The notes under the pieces: generated by a model
The model's database searches: none
What the model was told of the DNA's origin: nothing
Seen by the model: the letters and a program-made list of their open reading frames with translations, nothing else
Shown: positions 11,806 through 24,723 of the stretch, in pieces
How the letters are laid out: each line of letters starts with the position of its first letter
Numbering within the stretch: position 1 is the stretch's first letter
Made by a program: the position numbers and the translations under genes
Assembly: GCA_014905635.1 (NCBI GenBank)
Contig: JABVCE010000008.1
Span: 62,001 to 126,000 of the forward strand
Length of the DNA stretch: 64,000 nt
DNA from: Scenedesmus sp. PABB004
Taxonomy: Eukaryota
Reading direction: 5' to 3'

Positions 11806-14800
11806 ATGGCCGACACGCTCATCAAGGACCTGCTGCTGGGCGACGATGTGGCGGGGCAGGTGGAGCTGCTGCTCAACCTGCTCAGCGACGCAGCGGCGGG
11901 GCGGGAGCTGTCGAATGTGGTGTCTGAGGTCATTCAGGTGCGGCGGCGCGTGCGCAGAGCGCACGCACGCGCCCGGGCGTCACCGGAGACCGGGGAGGGG
12001 CCTGGCGGCTCCCTCGCGAGCAGCGGACCCACGGCCTGCCAGGGGCGGCGGCGGCGGTTGCCCTCGCCCGCTGATCAACCGGCGCCGCGGCGGCCACGTG
12101 GGCGCGCCCTCCTGGCGTCGCCTCCGCGCCCACGCCCGCCTCCTGAACGCGCAGGTGACCATTGCAGGCGGCGTGGGGCACCAGCCGGTGAAGAAGCTCG
12201 CGTACGACCTGTGCAAGGCGGTGTCGCTGCTACCGAGCGACTACTCCCTGCTCGTGGACGGCATCAAGGCGCGCTGAGCGTGCCGCGGCCCCCACCGGCC
12301 CTCGTGCAGGCGCCGGGCTGCGCGCCGAGCAGCGCCGGCAGCGGCCGCGCCGCTCACGCCGCCGCCGACGCCGCCGCGTGCTGCTGCTGCTGCAGAACGA
12401 CATCTCCTGCGGCGTGCCGGAGACGCAGGTGCTGGCGCTGCGCTTCCTCCCGCATCTGCCGCCGGAGCACCTGCTGCACCTGCTCGACAAGGGTGCGCCG
12501 GGGGGGGGGGGGGCTGTTCGCGGCGGCGGGCCCCGCGGCCAAGGCCCGGCGCGGCCGCCTCGGCCCGCCCACCGCGCCGCCGCGGTGGCCCGTGCGCCTC
12601 CGCAGGGGACATTGCCACCTTTGTGGCGCCCCACACGCGCAATGTGGCACCCGGCGTGCGCAGCGCGGCGACGTCGGCGCTGTGCGCCGTGCTGCTCACG
12701 CCAGAGGTGCAGGCGGCGCTCGCGGCCTCGCCAGGTGCGCGCCGCAGGCGGCGTGTGCCCGCCGCACGCGCCGCCGCGCAGCGCCCGCGCCTGTCGCCGA
12801 GCGAGCCGCGGGCGCGCCGCCACGCAGACCTGGCGACGGCGGGCAGCGACTGGTGGGACGCTGTCGTGGACGCGCTGGGCGACTCGATGCCGGCCGTGCT
12901 GGTCGCGGGGCTCGCCGCGAGCAACGCGCTCTTCGAGGCCGCGGCCGCCGGCGGCGGCGACGCCGCGAGCGGCAGCGCGGCGTCGGTCGCACCCGCGGCG
13001 GCGCGTGCGGCGCTGCGCCTCGCCGCCGGCATCGGGCCGCTGCTGGACACGTGGCGCATGCTGCCCTCCCACGCGCAGGTGCAGGCCGCCGGGCGGGCGT
13101 GCGGGCGCGTAGCAGCGGCCGCGACTCCGGCCGCCCACGCCGGGCCCTGCCCCGCACCGGCGCAGGTGCCCGTGATCCAGCTGCTGGGCCACCTCTGGAG
13201 CCACCTGCTCGCAGCCGACAGCGGCGCGGCGGCCGCCGCGTCGGCGGGGCAGCCCGAGAGCAGCAGCGGGTCGCAGGCGGCGGCGCTGCCGGGTATGCTG
13301 GCGTACCTCTCCGCCTGCCTGGCCAGCCTCAACCCCGCAGTCAAGCTCGAGGCCGCGCGCCAGATCCTGCGCGTCAGCAAGGCCACCGCCGCCGCGAGCG
13401 CGGCCGGGGGGCCGGTGCCGGGCTGCTGGGGCGGCTGCGCCTGGTGGGCGCGGTGCCGCCCGCCACGGCCGCCGCCGCGATCGAGGTGCGATGCGTCCTG
13501 TGCGGCCCGCGGGCAGCGCGGCCGCGCCGCCGGCGGCCCGCGCCCCCCACGCCCCGGCCCGCGCCCGAGGCCGCCGTCGCGCCCCGCCCGGCCGCACAGG
13601 CGCTGATGGAGCTGCAGGGCCGGCTGCTGGTTGAGGCGGCGCTGGAGGAGATTGTCAGCCTGGTGGCGGCCCACCTCGACGTGCTGCAGGCGCGGCGGCG
13701 GCGCCCGGCGCAGCGGTGCAGCGGCCCGACGCGCGGCGGCCCGCCGCCGCGGCGCGCCCCCTGCCCGCCGAGCCGAGCCCTCGCGCCGCGCGCGCCGCCG
13801 CAGGTGCCGACGCGGCTGGCGGTGCTGTCGCGGCTGTGGCCCATGATCGCGCTGCTGCAGAGCCCCACCGACCGGCTCACCGCGTTTGCGCACTCCTGGC
13901 GCGCCGCGCTGCAGCTCAGCAACGACGTCGGCGCGGGCGGTGGCGGGGGCGCCGACTGGCAGGACCCAGGCGACGCGCTGTCGTGCGTGCTGGCCGACCC
14001 GTTCCTGGAGGACGTGATCGCCGAGCGCCCCGCCGCCGCGGGCGCGCTGGCCGCAAGCAGCGCCGCGGCGTCGCCGCCGGGCGGCGACGCCGGCGGCGCG
14101 GCGGCGGGGCCGACCGGCGGCGCGGGCCCCGCGGCGGGGCCGACCGGCGCGAGCGCCGCGAGTGGCCCGACCGGCGGCGGGCTGTCGGCCGCGGATGCGC
14201 TGGGCCTGGGCCAGGGCGCGCCGGCGGAGGTGCCCATCACGCTGCGAGGTGGGGGAACGAGCGCAGCACGCGCGCGCGCGAGGGGGGCGGCGGCGCGCGC
14301 TGCTCGCGGCTGACAGTCGGCTTTCGCCGCCGCCGCCGCCTCCGCCAGGCTCTCTGGACGGCGGGCGCAGCCGCAAGAAGCTGCTCGCCTCCAAGGCCAA
14401 GGGCGTGCTGAGCAGCGGCGCCGCGCTGGCAAGCAACGTCGGCGGCGCGCTCGCGAGCGCCGCGGCGGCGCTGCCGCTGCGGTTCATGGACGGCGGCCGC
14501 CCCCAAAAGTGCGGGCCAGCGCTCCGCGGCGCCGCCTGCACGGGTCGCGCGGACGCGGCGCCGCCTGCGCCGCCGGGCGCGCTGACGCGCGGCCCCGCGC
14601 CCGCTGCTGCGCGCAGGGCGCAGCTGCCGGCGACGCTGAAGCAGGAGCTGGTGTGCACGCTGCTGCAGGTGCTGCAGACGCACCCCGCCGCGCAGGCGGC
14701 GCTGCAGCTGCCGCTGGGCAAGCCGGTGCCGCCGCCGCCGCCGCCCGCCGCGCCGCCGGCGGACGCCGCGCCCGCGGCCAACGGCGAGGCGGCGGCGCCG

Positions 14801-17800
14801 GGCGGCGGCGAGGAGGGCGGCGCGGCCGACGCCGCGCCGGGCAGCCCCGGCGACGCGGCGCCCTCGAGCCCGAGCGCAGCAGCGGGCGCGGCGCCGGGCG
14901 CCGGAGGCGCGCCCGGCGGCGCGCCCGGCGGCGCCGCGCGGCCGCAGTTTGGCCCGGGCGACGTGTCGGTGTCGCCCGTGGTCGCGTCGCTGCAGGGCAG
15001 CGTCGTCGCCTGGCTCGCCGCGGCGGTCGCGGCGCTGCAGGCGGCGCGGCCGTGTCTGCACTGGGAGCCGCTCGTGCCGCCGCCGATGCCGGGCCTGCCG
15101 CCCACGCCGCCGCTGCCGCCGCTGGCGAGCGTCAACCTCACGAGCGTGCCCGTGGACCTCTGGCTCTGCCTGCTGCAGGCCGCGTGCCAGGCGGTGCGGG
15201 GGCTGGTGCGCCTGCACGGCTACGACAGCCTCAAGGCCATCTACAGGTGGGGGGCGCCGGGGTGATGGGGGGCTGCGGCGCGCCGCACGCCGCACGCGCG
15301 GCGCCGCACGCGCGGCGCCGCAGCATGTGCGGCGCGCCGACGCGCCCGCGCGCGCGCGCGCGCGCCCCACGCCGCAGGGCCAACGGCGGGCGCATGCTGC
15401 CGCAGCTGTCGCCGTGGGACGCGGGCGGCGCGCTCGCGCGCTCCGCCGAGGCGGCCGCGGCGGCGCTGCAGGCGATGCTCAGCCGCGAGCTCGCGGACTG
15501 GCGGTGCGCGCGCGGGCGCGGGCGCGGGCGCGGGCCGGCGGCGCAAGCCTGTGCTGCGCGCCCCGCGCTCGCGCTGCCCCCTCCCCGACCCCCCCCCCCC
15601 CTGCCACGGTCGCAGCTCGCTGTCGCTGGCGGCGCGGCCGCGCGTGCTGTGGGTCGCCGCGCACTACCTGGAGCTGCCCTCGCTGCTCGACGACACCTGG
15701 GCCACGCTGCTGGGCGCGGTCGAGGACGCGCTGCTGCGCGCGGGCAAGGCGGAGGGCGACGCGCGCGCGCGCCAGCTCGCCGCCAGCGCGCGGGAGGGAC
15801 TGCTGCTCAAAAAGTTTGCGCTGCCCCAGCTGGTGCGCGGCCGCGGGGGCCGGGCCGGGCGGCGGGCGGGCGCTGGCGGGCAGTCGGGGCTGCGCCGCGC
15901 GCGCTCGCGCGGGCGGCTCACCCCCTCACCCGCCACCCCCGCCGCGCCGCGCGCCCGCCGCAGTCCAACCTGGGCCGCGACCGCTCCGGCGCGCACACCA
16001 CGTTTGACGCCGCCGCCGCGAGCGCGCTGGTGGAGCTTCCAGAGTACCGCGCGGACGGCCTGGCGGTGCGGCACGGCGGCCCTGCGCCGCGCCGCGCCGC
16101 GCCGCGCCGCGCCCGGCGGCGCTCGCGCGGCCGCGCCGCGCCGCGCGCTGCGGCACGGCCGCGCCCGTCCGAGCGGCCGCGCTGCGCCGCGCCGCAGGTG
16201 GGGCTATGCGTGCTGCAGTACCTGGTGTGGGTGGTGCAGGCCACGCTCGCGGCGGGGCCGGGCGGCCCCGGCGTGCCCGCGGGGCCCGCCGAGGCGGTGC
16301 TGGCGCGCAAGCTGCTGGACCTCGTGCGCGCCGCGGGCGGCGCGGAGGGCGCGGGTGAGCCGCCGGCGCGCCGCCGCGGGGCGGAGTGCGTCGGGCCGCG
16401 TGTCGCGCGCGCACGGCGGCCACCGCGCCGCCCGACGCGCGCCGCGCCGCCGCGCTCCGCTCGCAGGCGTGGACGTGCGGGAGTGGTGCAGGCGCATGGC
16501 GCGCACGCTCGGCGCGCTGCTCGACCCGTCGGGCGCCGGCGGCGGCACGGCCGGCGGCGGCGGCGGCGGCGGCGGCGCCGGCGGGCCCGCGTTTGCCATG
16601 GCGGCGCCGGCGCCCGGCGCGGGCGCGTCCGGCAAGGGCGGCGCGCTGCCCGGCGGCTACAACGCGGTCGCGGGGTTCAGCGCGCTCGGCTTTGGCGGCG
16701 GCGACAGCAGCAGCGACGACGACGCCCCGGCGGGGCTCAGCCGCGAGGCGCGCCTGCAGCGCAAGCTCGGCCTGGCCGGCGGCAAGGGCCGCGGCGGCGC
16801 GGCCGCGGCCAGCGACTCGAGCGACGCCGGCGCGAGCAGCGACGACGACGCCGGCAGCGGCGGCAGCAGCAGCAGCAGCAGCGAGAGCGAGAGCGACGCC
16901 GAGGGCGGCGCGGCCGGCGGCAGCAGCGACAGCGACGCGGGCGGCGGCCCCAGCCTGCCCAACCCGCTCAGCGGCCTGCAGCTCGGCGCCGCGGCTGGCG
17001 GCGGCGGCGGCGGCGCCAAGGCGCGCCGCGCCGCGCGCAAGGCGGAGCGCGCGGCGCGGCGCGCGGCGCGGCGGCGCGCCGCCGCCGCGGCGCTCGCCGT
17101 GGGCGCGCCCGACGCCGCGAGCGGCGTGTGGGGGTACCCCTTTGGCGGGCCGCGCAGCGCGACGCTCTTCATCAGCCGCCGCGCGCGGCGGCACCGCCTG
17201 TTCCGGTGGCAGCTCTCGCTCGCGCTCGCGCACCTCGGCAACGGCGACGCCCCGGCGGCGAGGGCGGGGCGCCCGGCGCGCCGGCGCGCGCAGGCGGGCT
17301 GCTGGGCGGGCCGTTTGGCGCGCGCGGGGGCGCGGGCGCGCCGTCCGGCGGCCCCGCCGCGGGGCTGACCGACGCGACCGGCCCCGTGTTCAGCGCGGCC
17401 AGCGGCTTCCGGCTCGACCAGGCGGGCTTCTGGGCCAGCCTGCCCGGCCCCGCGAGCGGCTGGGCGGAGCTGAGCGGCCCCGCCGACCCGGTCGTGCTGT
17501 CGGGGCGCTACAGCGCGGCGCGCGGCGCCGGCAGCGCGCCGGGCGAGATCACGGTCACCCTGCGCGCTTTCAACCGGTGAGCGCGACGGGGGAGGAGAGG
17601 GGGGGGGGGCGCAGTGCGCTGCTGCGCCTGCGTGCACGCCGCCGCTGTCGGCGCAGCCTGCGCTGGCAGCGCCGGGGCTCGGCGGCCGCGCGCCCGGCCG
17701 ACGCGCCGCCGGCCGCCGCGCCCGCAGGCTGCCGGTCGACCTGGAGGGCGTGGAGGTGGCGGTGCGCCTGGCGGGCCCCGTGCGCGCGGAGCGGCGCGAG

Positions 17801-19254
17801 GCGAGCTGGATGCTGCCACGCCTGCTGCCCACCGAGGCGGCGCAGCACAGCTTCAAGATCATGCCCACCGGGTGCGCCCGCACGCACGCCCGCCGGCGAC
17901 GGCGCGACGCCGACGGCGCCGCCGCCACCGCCAGCGCGCCTGCGCACACGCTGACGTGCTGCACCCTCCGCCACCCGCGCAGCTACGGGCGGCTCGCGGT
18001 GCACGTGCGCCTGGTGCTGCCGGTGCCGCAGCTCGCGAGCGAGTCGGGCGGCGGCGGCGGCGCGCCCGCGCTGGCGTGCCAGCCGCTGGCGGTCAGCATG
18101 GCGCACCTGCTGGCGCCGCCGCCCGTCCCGCCGGCCAGCGCGCAGGACATGCTCGCGCTGTGGGGCAGCCTGCCGCTGCAGGTGCGCGGGCGCGGCGCGG
18201 GGCGCAGGCGCGCCGCGGCGCGGGCGCCGCGCGGCGAGTCTCACGCGCCGCCCCGACGGCCTGCGCGCGGCAGGTGGAGCTGTCTGCCACATGCGTGTGG
18301 CCGGGCCTGGACGGCCTGCTCCTGCTGCTCTCCGCGCTCGTGCGGCAGCCGCTGCACTGCGCGTGGGCGCACGTGCTGCCGGTCGTGTGCGGCGCGCAGG
18401 CCGCGTTTGTGGCCTGCCCCACCGCCCACAGCGCCGACAGCCTCGCCCTGATGCTCGTGGGGCAGCTCATGCCGGACGACCCGGGCGAGGCCGGCAGCGC
18501 ACCACCCGCGGACGCGCCGCCGGGCGCGGCGGGCGCGCAGGAGGGCGGCGGCGGCGGCGCGCCGCAGGAGAGCGGCGCCGCCGCCGGCGAGGCGGGCGCG
18601 CAGGAGGAGGGCGGCGGCGCGCCGGCGCCGGCGCGGGTGCCCGCACTGCGCGGCGTGGTGCAGCTCGTCGTGCGCGCGAGCAGCCACGAGGTGCTGCTGG
18701 CCATCCAGCAGGCGCCCGAGGCGTGGGTGTCGGACGTCAGCCAGGGCACGCTCGCGGTCGGCGTGGCGGCCGGCGGCGCGCCGCCGCGGCCGAGCCGCGG
18801 CAAGACGCTGCTGCACCCCAGCGTGGCGCGGCTCGAGGGCGCGCTTGCGCCCGCGGCGCCCGTCGTGCCGCCGCCGCCGCCCACGCCCGCGCTGGAGCTG
18901 CCCGTGCTGCCGCGCTTCCGCCGCAAGTGCGTGCGCGCGTGGACGCGCGCAGGAGAAGGGGGGCTGGCACGCGCGCGCGCCCCAACGACGGCCAAGGCCG
19001 ACCCATGCCGCGCTGCGCCGCGCCGCAGGCTGCGCGCCAAGGCGGACGAGGAGGACAGCGACGCGGAGGACGAGGAGGTGCCGCTCACGCAGGAGGAGGC
19101 CGCGGAGCAGCAGGCGGCGGTCGACAAGCACGCGGCCGCGTGCGACGACGCGCGCGAGGCGCACGAAGCGGCCAAGCGCGCGCGCGCCGCAGCGGTGCTG
19201 CGCACCGCCGCGCTGGCCGAGTGGCGGCGTGCGGCGTGTCCGTCGCTGGTGTGA
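11806..19254 (+). CDS. TPLATE: TPLATE (TSET/TPLATE adaptor complex large subunit), many exons; two apparent 1-bp frameshifts (~13410, ~17252)
   Basis: N-terminal DAAAGRELSNVV, PVKKLAYDL, DGIK|NDI resemble plant TPLATE (SAAGRDIS, CKKLAFDL, SGVKTDL); appendage LSGPADPVVLSGRY...ITVTLRAFNR; acidic tail ending AALAEWRRAAC like the plant AAVLQEWH..C. Confidence 0.8.
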
Positions 19255-19585
19255 CGCGCGGGCACCGCGCTGCGGCGGGGCGTGCGTGGTGCTGTCGGTC
19301 GAGCCGCGTGGGGCGCTGCGTGCGTGACCGTTTGATCGCGGCGCTGCGGCGGGTAACAGCCGTCCCGGCTCGCGCCTTTCGTCCGCTCGCGGCGCGCGCG
19401 GTTACTCGCCGCGCCGCCGCCCGTGCGGCGCACCAGGGGTTTGTGAGGCTGCTGTTCCAGCAGCGCCGACGTGCGCCGCCAGCAACACAACATGGGGTCA
19501 CGCGGCGCGGCCGCCCCATTTCGGGGGCGGGCCGCGCCGCCCACAGTGCTGGGCCTACCTAAGCCGTCGCCGCGCCGCGCCGCGC

Positions 19586-22196
19586 TCACGCGTCGGTGCT
19601 GACGCTGGCGCCCTTGCCGCCGCCCACGCCGAAGCGGATCGTCACGCGCGTCGGCTCATCGGCCGACGCGGCCGCCGCCGGCGCGGCCACGGTGGGCTTG
19701 GTGAAGCTCAGCGGCATGCTGAGCGTGGGCATCGTGAAGTTGGGCTTGGTGAAGGTCGGCAGGCTCGGCATGCTCAGCGTGGGCATGGTGAACGTCGGCT
19801 TGGTCGCGTTGGAGCCGATCGCCGCCTTGAGCGCGGCGACGACCGAGGGGATGGACACGTCGGCCTCCGGGTGCGCGCCGCGCTGCGGCGACACGCGGGG
19901 CGGGGGGGGGGGGGGGCGTGCGGCGGCGCGGGTGTTGGGGAGGCCGCGGCGCGGGCGGCGCGGGCGGCGCGGACGGCGCGGGGCGTGGGGCGCGCGGTGT
20001 GCGGCGGCCGCGCACCTCGGCGTTGGTCTCGTACGCCGCCTTGGTCACGGCGTTGGAGAGGGGCACGTACGTCGCCTCGCTCTTGGCCTCGACCAGCTCC
20101 GTCGCGACGGCGGTCGCGTGCGCAAACACGGCGCGCGTGGCGTTGACGAGGCTCTTCACCGCGGCGCCCTTGGGCGTGGCGCTGGTGTCGGTCTGCTTGC
20201 GCGCGAGCGCGGAGAGGGCGGAGTAAAAGGAGATGGTCTCCGCGTTGAGCGACGTCTTGTTGTTGTACTGCATCCACGTGCCCTGCGCGCGCGTGCGTGC
20301 GCGTGAGCCGGGCCAGCCGGGCGGGGCGTGAGCAGCGCGGCCGCGGGGCGCGGGCGCGCGCCATGCGCGCACGCGCGCCGCGGCCGCCCCGCCCCGGCCT
20401 CCCCCGCCCCGGCCTCCCCCCCGCCCCGGCCTCGCCCCGCCCCGCCCTCCCTCCGCGCGTCGCCCTGCGCACCAGGGTGGGGATCCAGTTGATGCCCTTG
20501 GCGCCGAGGAGGGTGGCCTTCTCGTAGAGCACGGGGACGAAGAACTGGAGGTTGCTGAACTCCTCGATCGCGTGGCGGCTGATCGCGTTGATGCTCTCCT
20601 CCCAGTCGGGGCTGCCCTTCTGGCTCGCGAGCAGGGGCGCGGTGAAGGCCTCGTTCATGCCCGCCGCGGTCAGGAAGCCCTCGGCCGGCGCGCGCTCGTC
20701 AAAGCCCTTGGACGGGATGCCCGCGACGACCTCGATGTCCACGACCATGCCCTCGGGCGTGTCGTTGAACTCGATGATCATCGTCCACGTCTGAGGGTTT
20801 TTTTTCAGGGGCAGGGGGGGGGGCAGGGAGGGAGGGCGGCAGGTGAGAGGGGCAGGCACCGGGCGGGGGTGGGAGGCGGGCGAGGCGTGTGCGTGTGTTG
20901 CGCGGGGGAGGGGCGCGGGGGGCTGTGCGCGGCGGGCTGTGCGCGGCGGGCGCTGTGGGCGCTGTGGTGGCGCCCCACGCACGGGCAGGCCCATGAGGGG
21001 CATGGTGATGACGTAGCGGTTCTTCATGAGGTTGGTGATGCTGTCGTGCACGTAGAACCAGCCGTTGGTCTCGTAGTGCCGGGTCATGGTCGAGCCCTCC
21101 GGGTTCCTGCGGCGCGGGCGCAGCGGGCGCGCACGCGGCAGCGCGGCGCGTGAGCCCCCGTTGCCTGCGGGGCGGCGGCCCGCCCGCGTGTGTGCGTGAC
21201 TGTGTGACTGTTGTGTGTGACTGTGTGTGCTCGTGCGCGCGTGCCTGTAGCGCTCATGGATGAGGGTGTAGATGGGCGGGCCCTTCTGGAGGAGGGGCAC
21301 GGCGGGGCCGAGCGTCCACGCGGCCTCCACGTGGTCGAGCGGGTGCCACAGGTGGTAGTAGTAGTATTTCTTCGCGGCGTTATAGAGGGGGGGGGGGGCG
21401 AGGGGCGGCGTCAGGCGCGGGCGCGTGGCGCAGGCGGCGCGCGGCGGCTGGCGGGCGCGCGGCGCGGCCGTCGCGGCGCGCTCACGTTGCCCTGGAACTC
21501 CACCACAGGGGGCATGAGGCCGAGGACGTGGGCGGAGATGAACCAGGTGGCCATCGTGCTCGTCATGTTGGCCTGGGGGCGCAGCGTGATCGAGCGGTGC
21601 GCGGCGCCGCTGTTGTCGGTCCAGCCCTTCACCACGGCGTCCTTGCCGGGGCACCACATCTTCCAGTTCAGCGGCGCCGGCGCCACGGAGTTGAGGCACT
21701 CCAGGTCCACCTGGCGAGCGAGCGCGGCGGGCGAGCGGTCGAGCGGCGGCGCGGCGTCAGCGGCGCGCGCCCGGCCTGGAAGCGCGGGCTGAGCGCTGCC
21801 CAAGCTGTCCCACGGGCTTTGCACCGCCGCGCGAGGCTTCGCGTCAAGCGCGCGGGCGGCTGGCGCGCGCGCGGCATGCGGAGCCGGCCCCTGCCCCGCG
21901 CGGCGCGCCGGGCCGCGCTCGGCGCCTGGCGCGCGCCCCGAGGCTGCGGCGTCACTCACCACTTTCTTCTCGGTGCCGGGATCGTTGGGCACGGCCTTGT
22001 AGGTGCCGGTGAGCATGGCCTCGGTCAGGTCCAGCGTCGCCTTCATGGCGTTGTCCACCACGAGCTGGTTGCCGAACGTCAGCGTGTTGGGCTGGTAGGT
22101 GCGGCCGTTGTAGGTGGTCATGCCGTTGTCGCCCAGCGTAGCCAGGGCGGGGCCCGCCAGCAGCAGCGCTGCCAGCGCGCACAGGGCGCCCTTCAT
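19586..22196 (-). CDS. Secreted PhlG/DAPG-hydrolase-like (putative Zn-dependent) protein with a Thr/Pro/Ser/Met-rich tail; ~7 exons
   Basis: Signal MKGALCALAALLLAGPALA; MTSTMATWF, YHLWHPLDH, IHERY and HAIEEFSNLQFFVPVLY match the PhlG-family pattern (YxxWHPxxH ... HxxxExxxLxxFLPxLY); strongly biased codons. Confidence 0.65.
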
Positions 22197-22846
22197 GGCG
22201 ATCGAGCGCTCGATCTGCGTCCAGGCGGCAGCGTGTGGGCGGCGGGGTGGGCCGCAGGGGCCGCGCGGCACGGCGCGCGCCGACCGCGGCCGGCCGCGCC
22301 CGCCCTCGGCTGGCGGCCCCGCTGCGCCTACGCCGCAGCGCGAACGTCTCGCACAGGTGTGAGACGCTCGCGGAGCGCGGTGATCGAGCGGCGCGGGCGC
22401 GCTGGCGCTGTCGCGACCCCAGCCGCGCCCGCGCGTGCCCGCCCGGCGGCTCACCTGGGGGCCTCCCTGATGTGTGAACTGGCTGGGAGGGGGTATCCCT
22501 GAGAGCAAAGGTCTGGGGAGCGCCGCGCGGCCGCGTCGCTTTCACGCACGCGCGGCGCGGCGCCCGGCACTAGCCGAGGACGTCATTTGCGCGCCCGCCT
22601 GCCTCCTCGCCTCCAGGCCGCGCGCGCGCTGCCGTTGAGCTGAGAGCGAGCCCGTACGGCGTTTCCAGGCCGGCGGGGCAGGGGCGCTAGAGCAAGGGCC
22701 GAGCTCGCCCAGCGCGGCCAGCGCACCGAGCACGCCGCCGGCGGCGCGTCCGGCGTAGCCCGCCGCCGAGTCACACACAGGCTCGCTGCACCACCACCCC
22801 GCCGCCAGAGAGCACAGCTAGGCCGTTCATCGAGGCCTCTCTGAGC

Positions 22847-23810
22847 TCACAGCAGCACCAGGCCGCCCCCCAGGCTACTCAGCGCCTCGGCAGGCATCGG
22901 ACCCAGCGCCAGGATCGTTCGCGAGCGCGGGCGCTCGGGGTCGCCTGCGGGGCGGCGCCGCAGCAGGGTCAAGGACCTGCAGGGAGGCGAGCAAAGGCGG
23001 CGCCGCGCTCCGCTGCTCCACTGCGCGCACGCCGGTGCGGCCGGCGCGCACCCGTCGCTTCGACCAGGCTGTGGGCGGGCCAGCCCGCCGCCCGCGCGGC
23101 TGCGTCGGCCACAAGCAGCGCCGCCTCGTCGTCTGCGCGCAGCACGAGCTTGGGCCCCTTGGCGAGCTCCCACTGCCCGAGGGCGGGGTTGCGCTGCTTG
23201 TGGTTCTGCGCGCGGGCGTGGTGGTCAGGGCAGCAGCCAGGCCGCGGCGCGGCCGCGGGCGCGCGCTGCATGGATGGACGAGCGGCGCACACCTTTTTGA
23301 ACAGCGCCAGCGCCGCGTGGGCGACCATGACGGCGAGCTTCTGCCGGCCCCAGGCGAGGTCGCGCCGCACGACAAAGACCATCCGCAGCGCGCTGCAAGC
23401 ACGGGGGCGAGCGGGCCGCGCGACGAGGTGAGGTGAGCGGCCGGTGAGCCAGCCCCCCTGGCAGCCGCCGGCCGTCGCTGCCGGCAGTCGCCGCCGCTCC
23501 TCCCTGCCCCTCCGCCAGGCAGCCGCCGCACCCACCGCGGGTCGGGGATGCCCGAGCCGCTGTCGCTGCGGCTGAAGCCGCCGCTGCTCGCCCGCGGCGT
23601 CGCCGGGACGCTGCCGCACACGCTGCCGCACTCGCTCATCCCGGCGCTGAACGCTCCGGTCGGCAGCGGCAGCGGCGGCAGGCAGGACGCATCGAAGCAG
23701 CGCGGCTGCTGCTGCTGCAGTCGCCGCCGCATCCACCACGCGCCCGCCGCGGCTCCGACAGCTGCTGCCGCTGCAAGCTCGGCCCAGCGGCGCCCCGGCG
23801 AGGAGGCCAT
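22847..23810 (-). CDS. PTH2: Peptidyl-tRNA hydrolase 2-like protein with N-terminal membrane anchor; catalytic motif degenerate
   Basis: RMVFVVRRDLAWGRQKLAVMVAHAA, WELAKGPKLVL, SRTILALGP; three GT-AG introns. Confidence 0.8.
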
Positions 23811-24090
23811 GATTGGGCGGCGCTCACGGCGGCGGCTTGGACGGGCGACGGCGGCGGCGGTTGCGGAGCGAGGGGCGCGCGGCTGGCTATGCCGAGTCGG
23901 CGAGCTCGTCGTGTGAGAGAGGCGTTTCTCTGAGGCGGGGCGACGCGGCCGGGGGGGGGGCACGCAGGGGCTGGCAGTTGGCCGGACACTCCAGCGGCAC
24001 GCGCAGCGACACGCCCCGCGGCGAGCCGGCCGTTTCCGATGTGGAAATCACCACCAACATGTCGCTCAACTCACCACGCACCACCGCCCA

Positions 24091-24681
24091 TCACCGCCGC
24101 TTGGCGCGCTTTGCGCCCCCAGCGTCCGCGGCCGGCCGACGCGCCTGCGCCGCGTCCCCGGCCGGCTCGGCCGCGGGCGTCTCGCCGCCGCCGGGCGGCG
24201 CGGGCGGCAGGTCAAAGCTGAAGCTGAAGCCGCCGCCGCCGCCGCCGCCGCCGCACGCGGCGCCGCCCGGCTCGTCGCCGCCCGGCTCGCAGCCGCCCGG
24301 CTCGCCCGGCGCCGCGGGGCGGCGCGTCTCCCTGAACAGCGCCGACAGGCGGTGCTCCGCCGCGCGCTGCGCGTCCGCGGCGTCGCGCGCGGCCTGCAGC
24401 ACGTCGAGCAGCTCCGGGCGGCGCGCGCGCAGCGCCGCCACGAAGCGGTCGTGCAGGCTGCCCCGGTCGGCGGCGGCGCAGCCCGACACGAGCTCGGGGC
24501 GCCCCGGGCGCAGGAAGTCGAGCACCGCGCCGAGGCCGGTGGGGGAGGCGTAGTTCTGCGTCACCGCCACGCACTCGTCGAGGTTGATCGCCATGTGCCA
24601 CCAGCCGCGGGGAACGTACAGCACCTCACCCGCGCGCACGACAGCCTCCAGCGGCGGGCGCTGCGGCGACGCGGCGGCGGT

Positions 24682-24723
<42 letters not shown>

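Noticed and set aside
13406..17253. Programmed ribosomal frameshifting or pseudogene status for TPLATE
   Set aside because: No slippery heptamer; the same homopolymer-deletion signature occurs in three unrelated genes, pointing to sequencing error.
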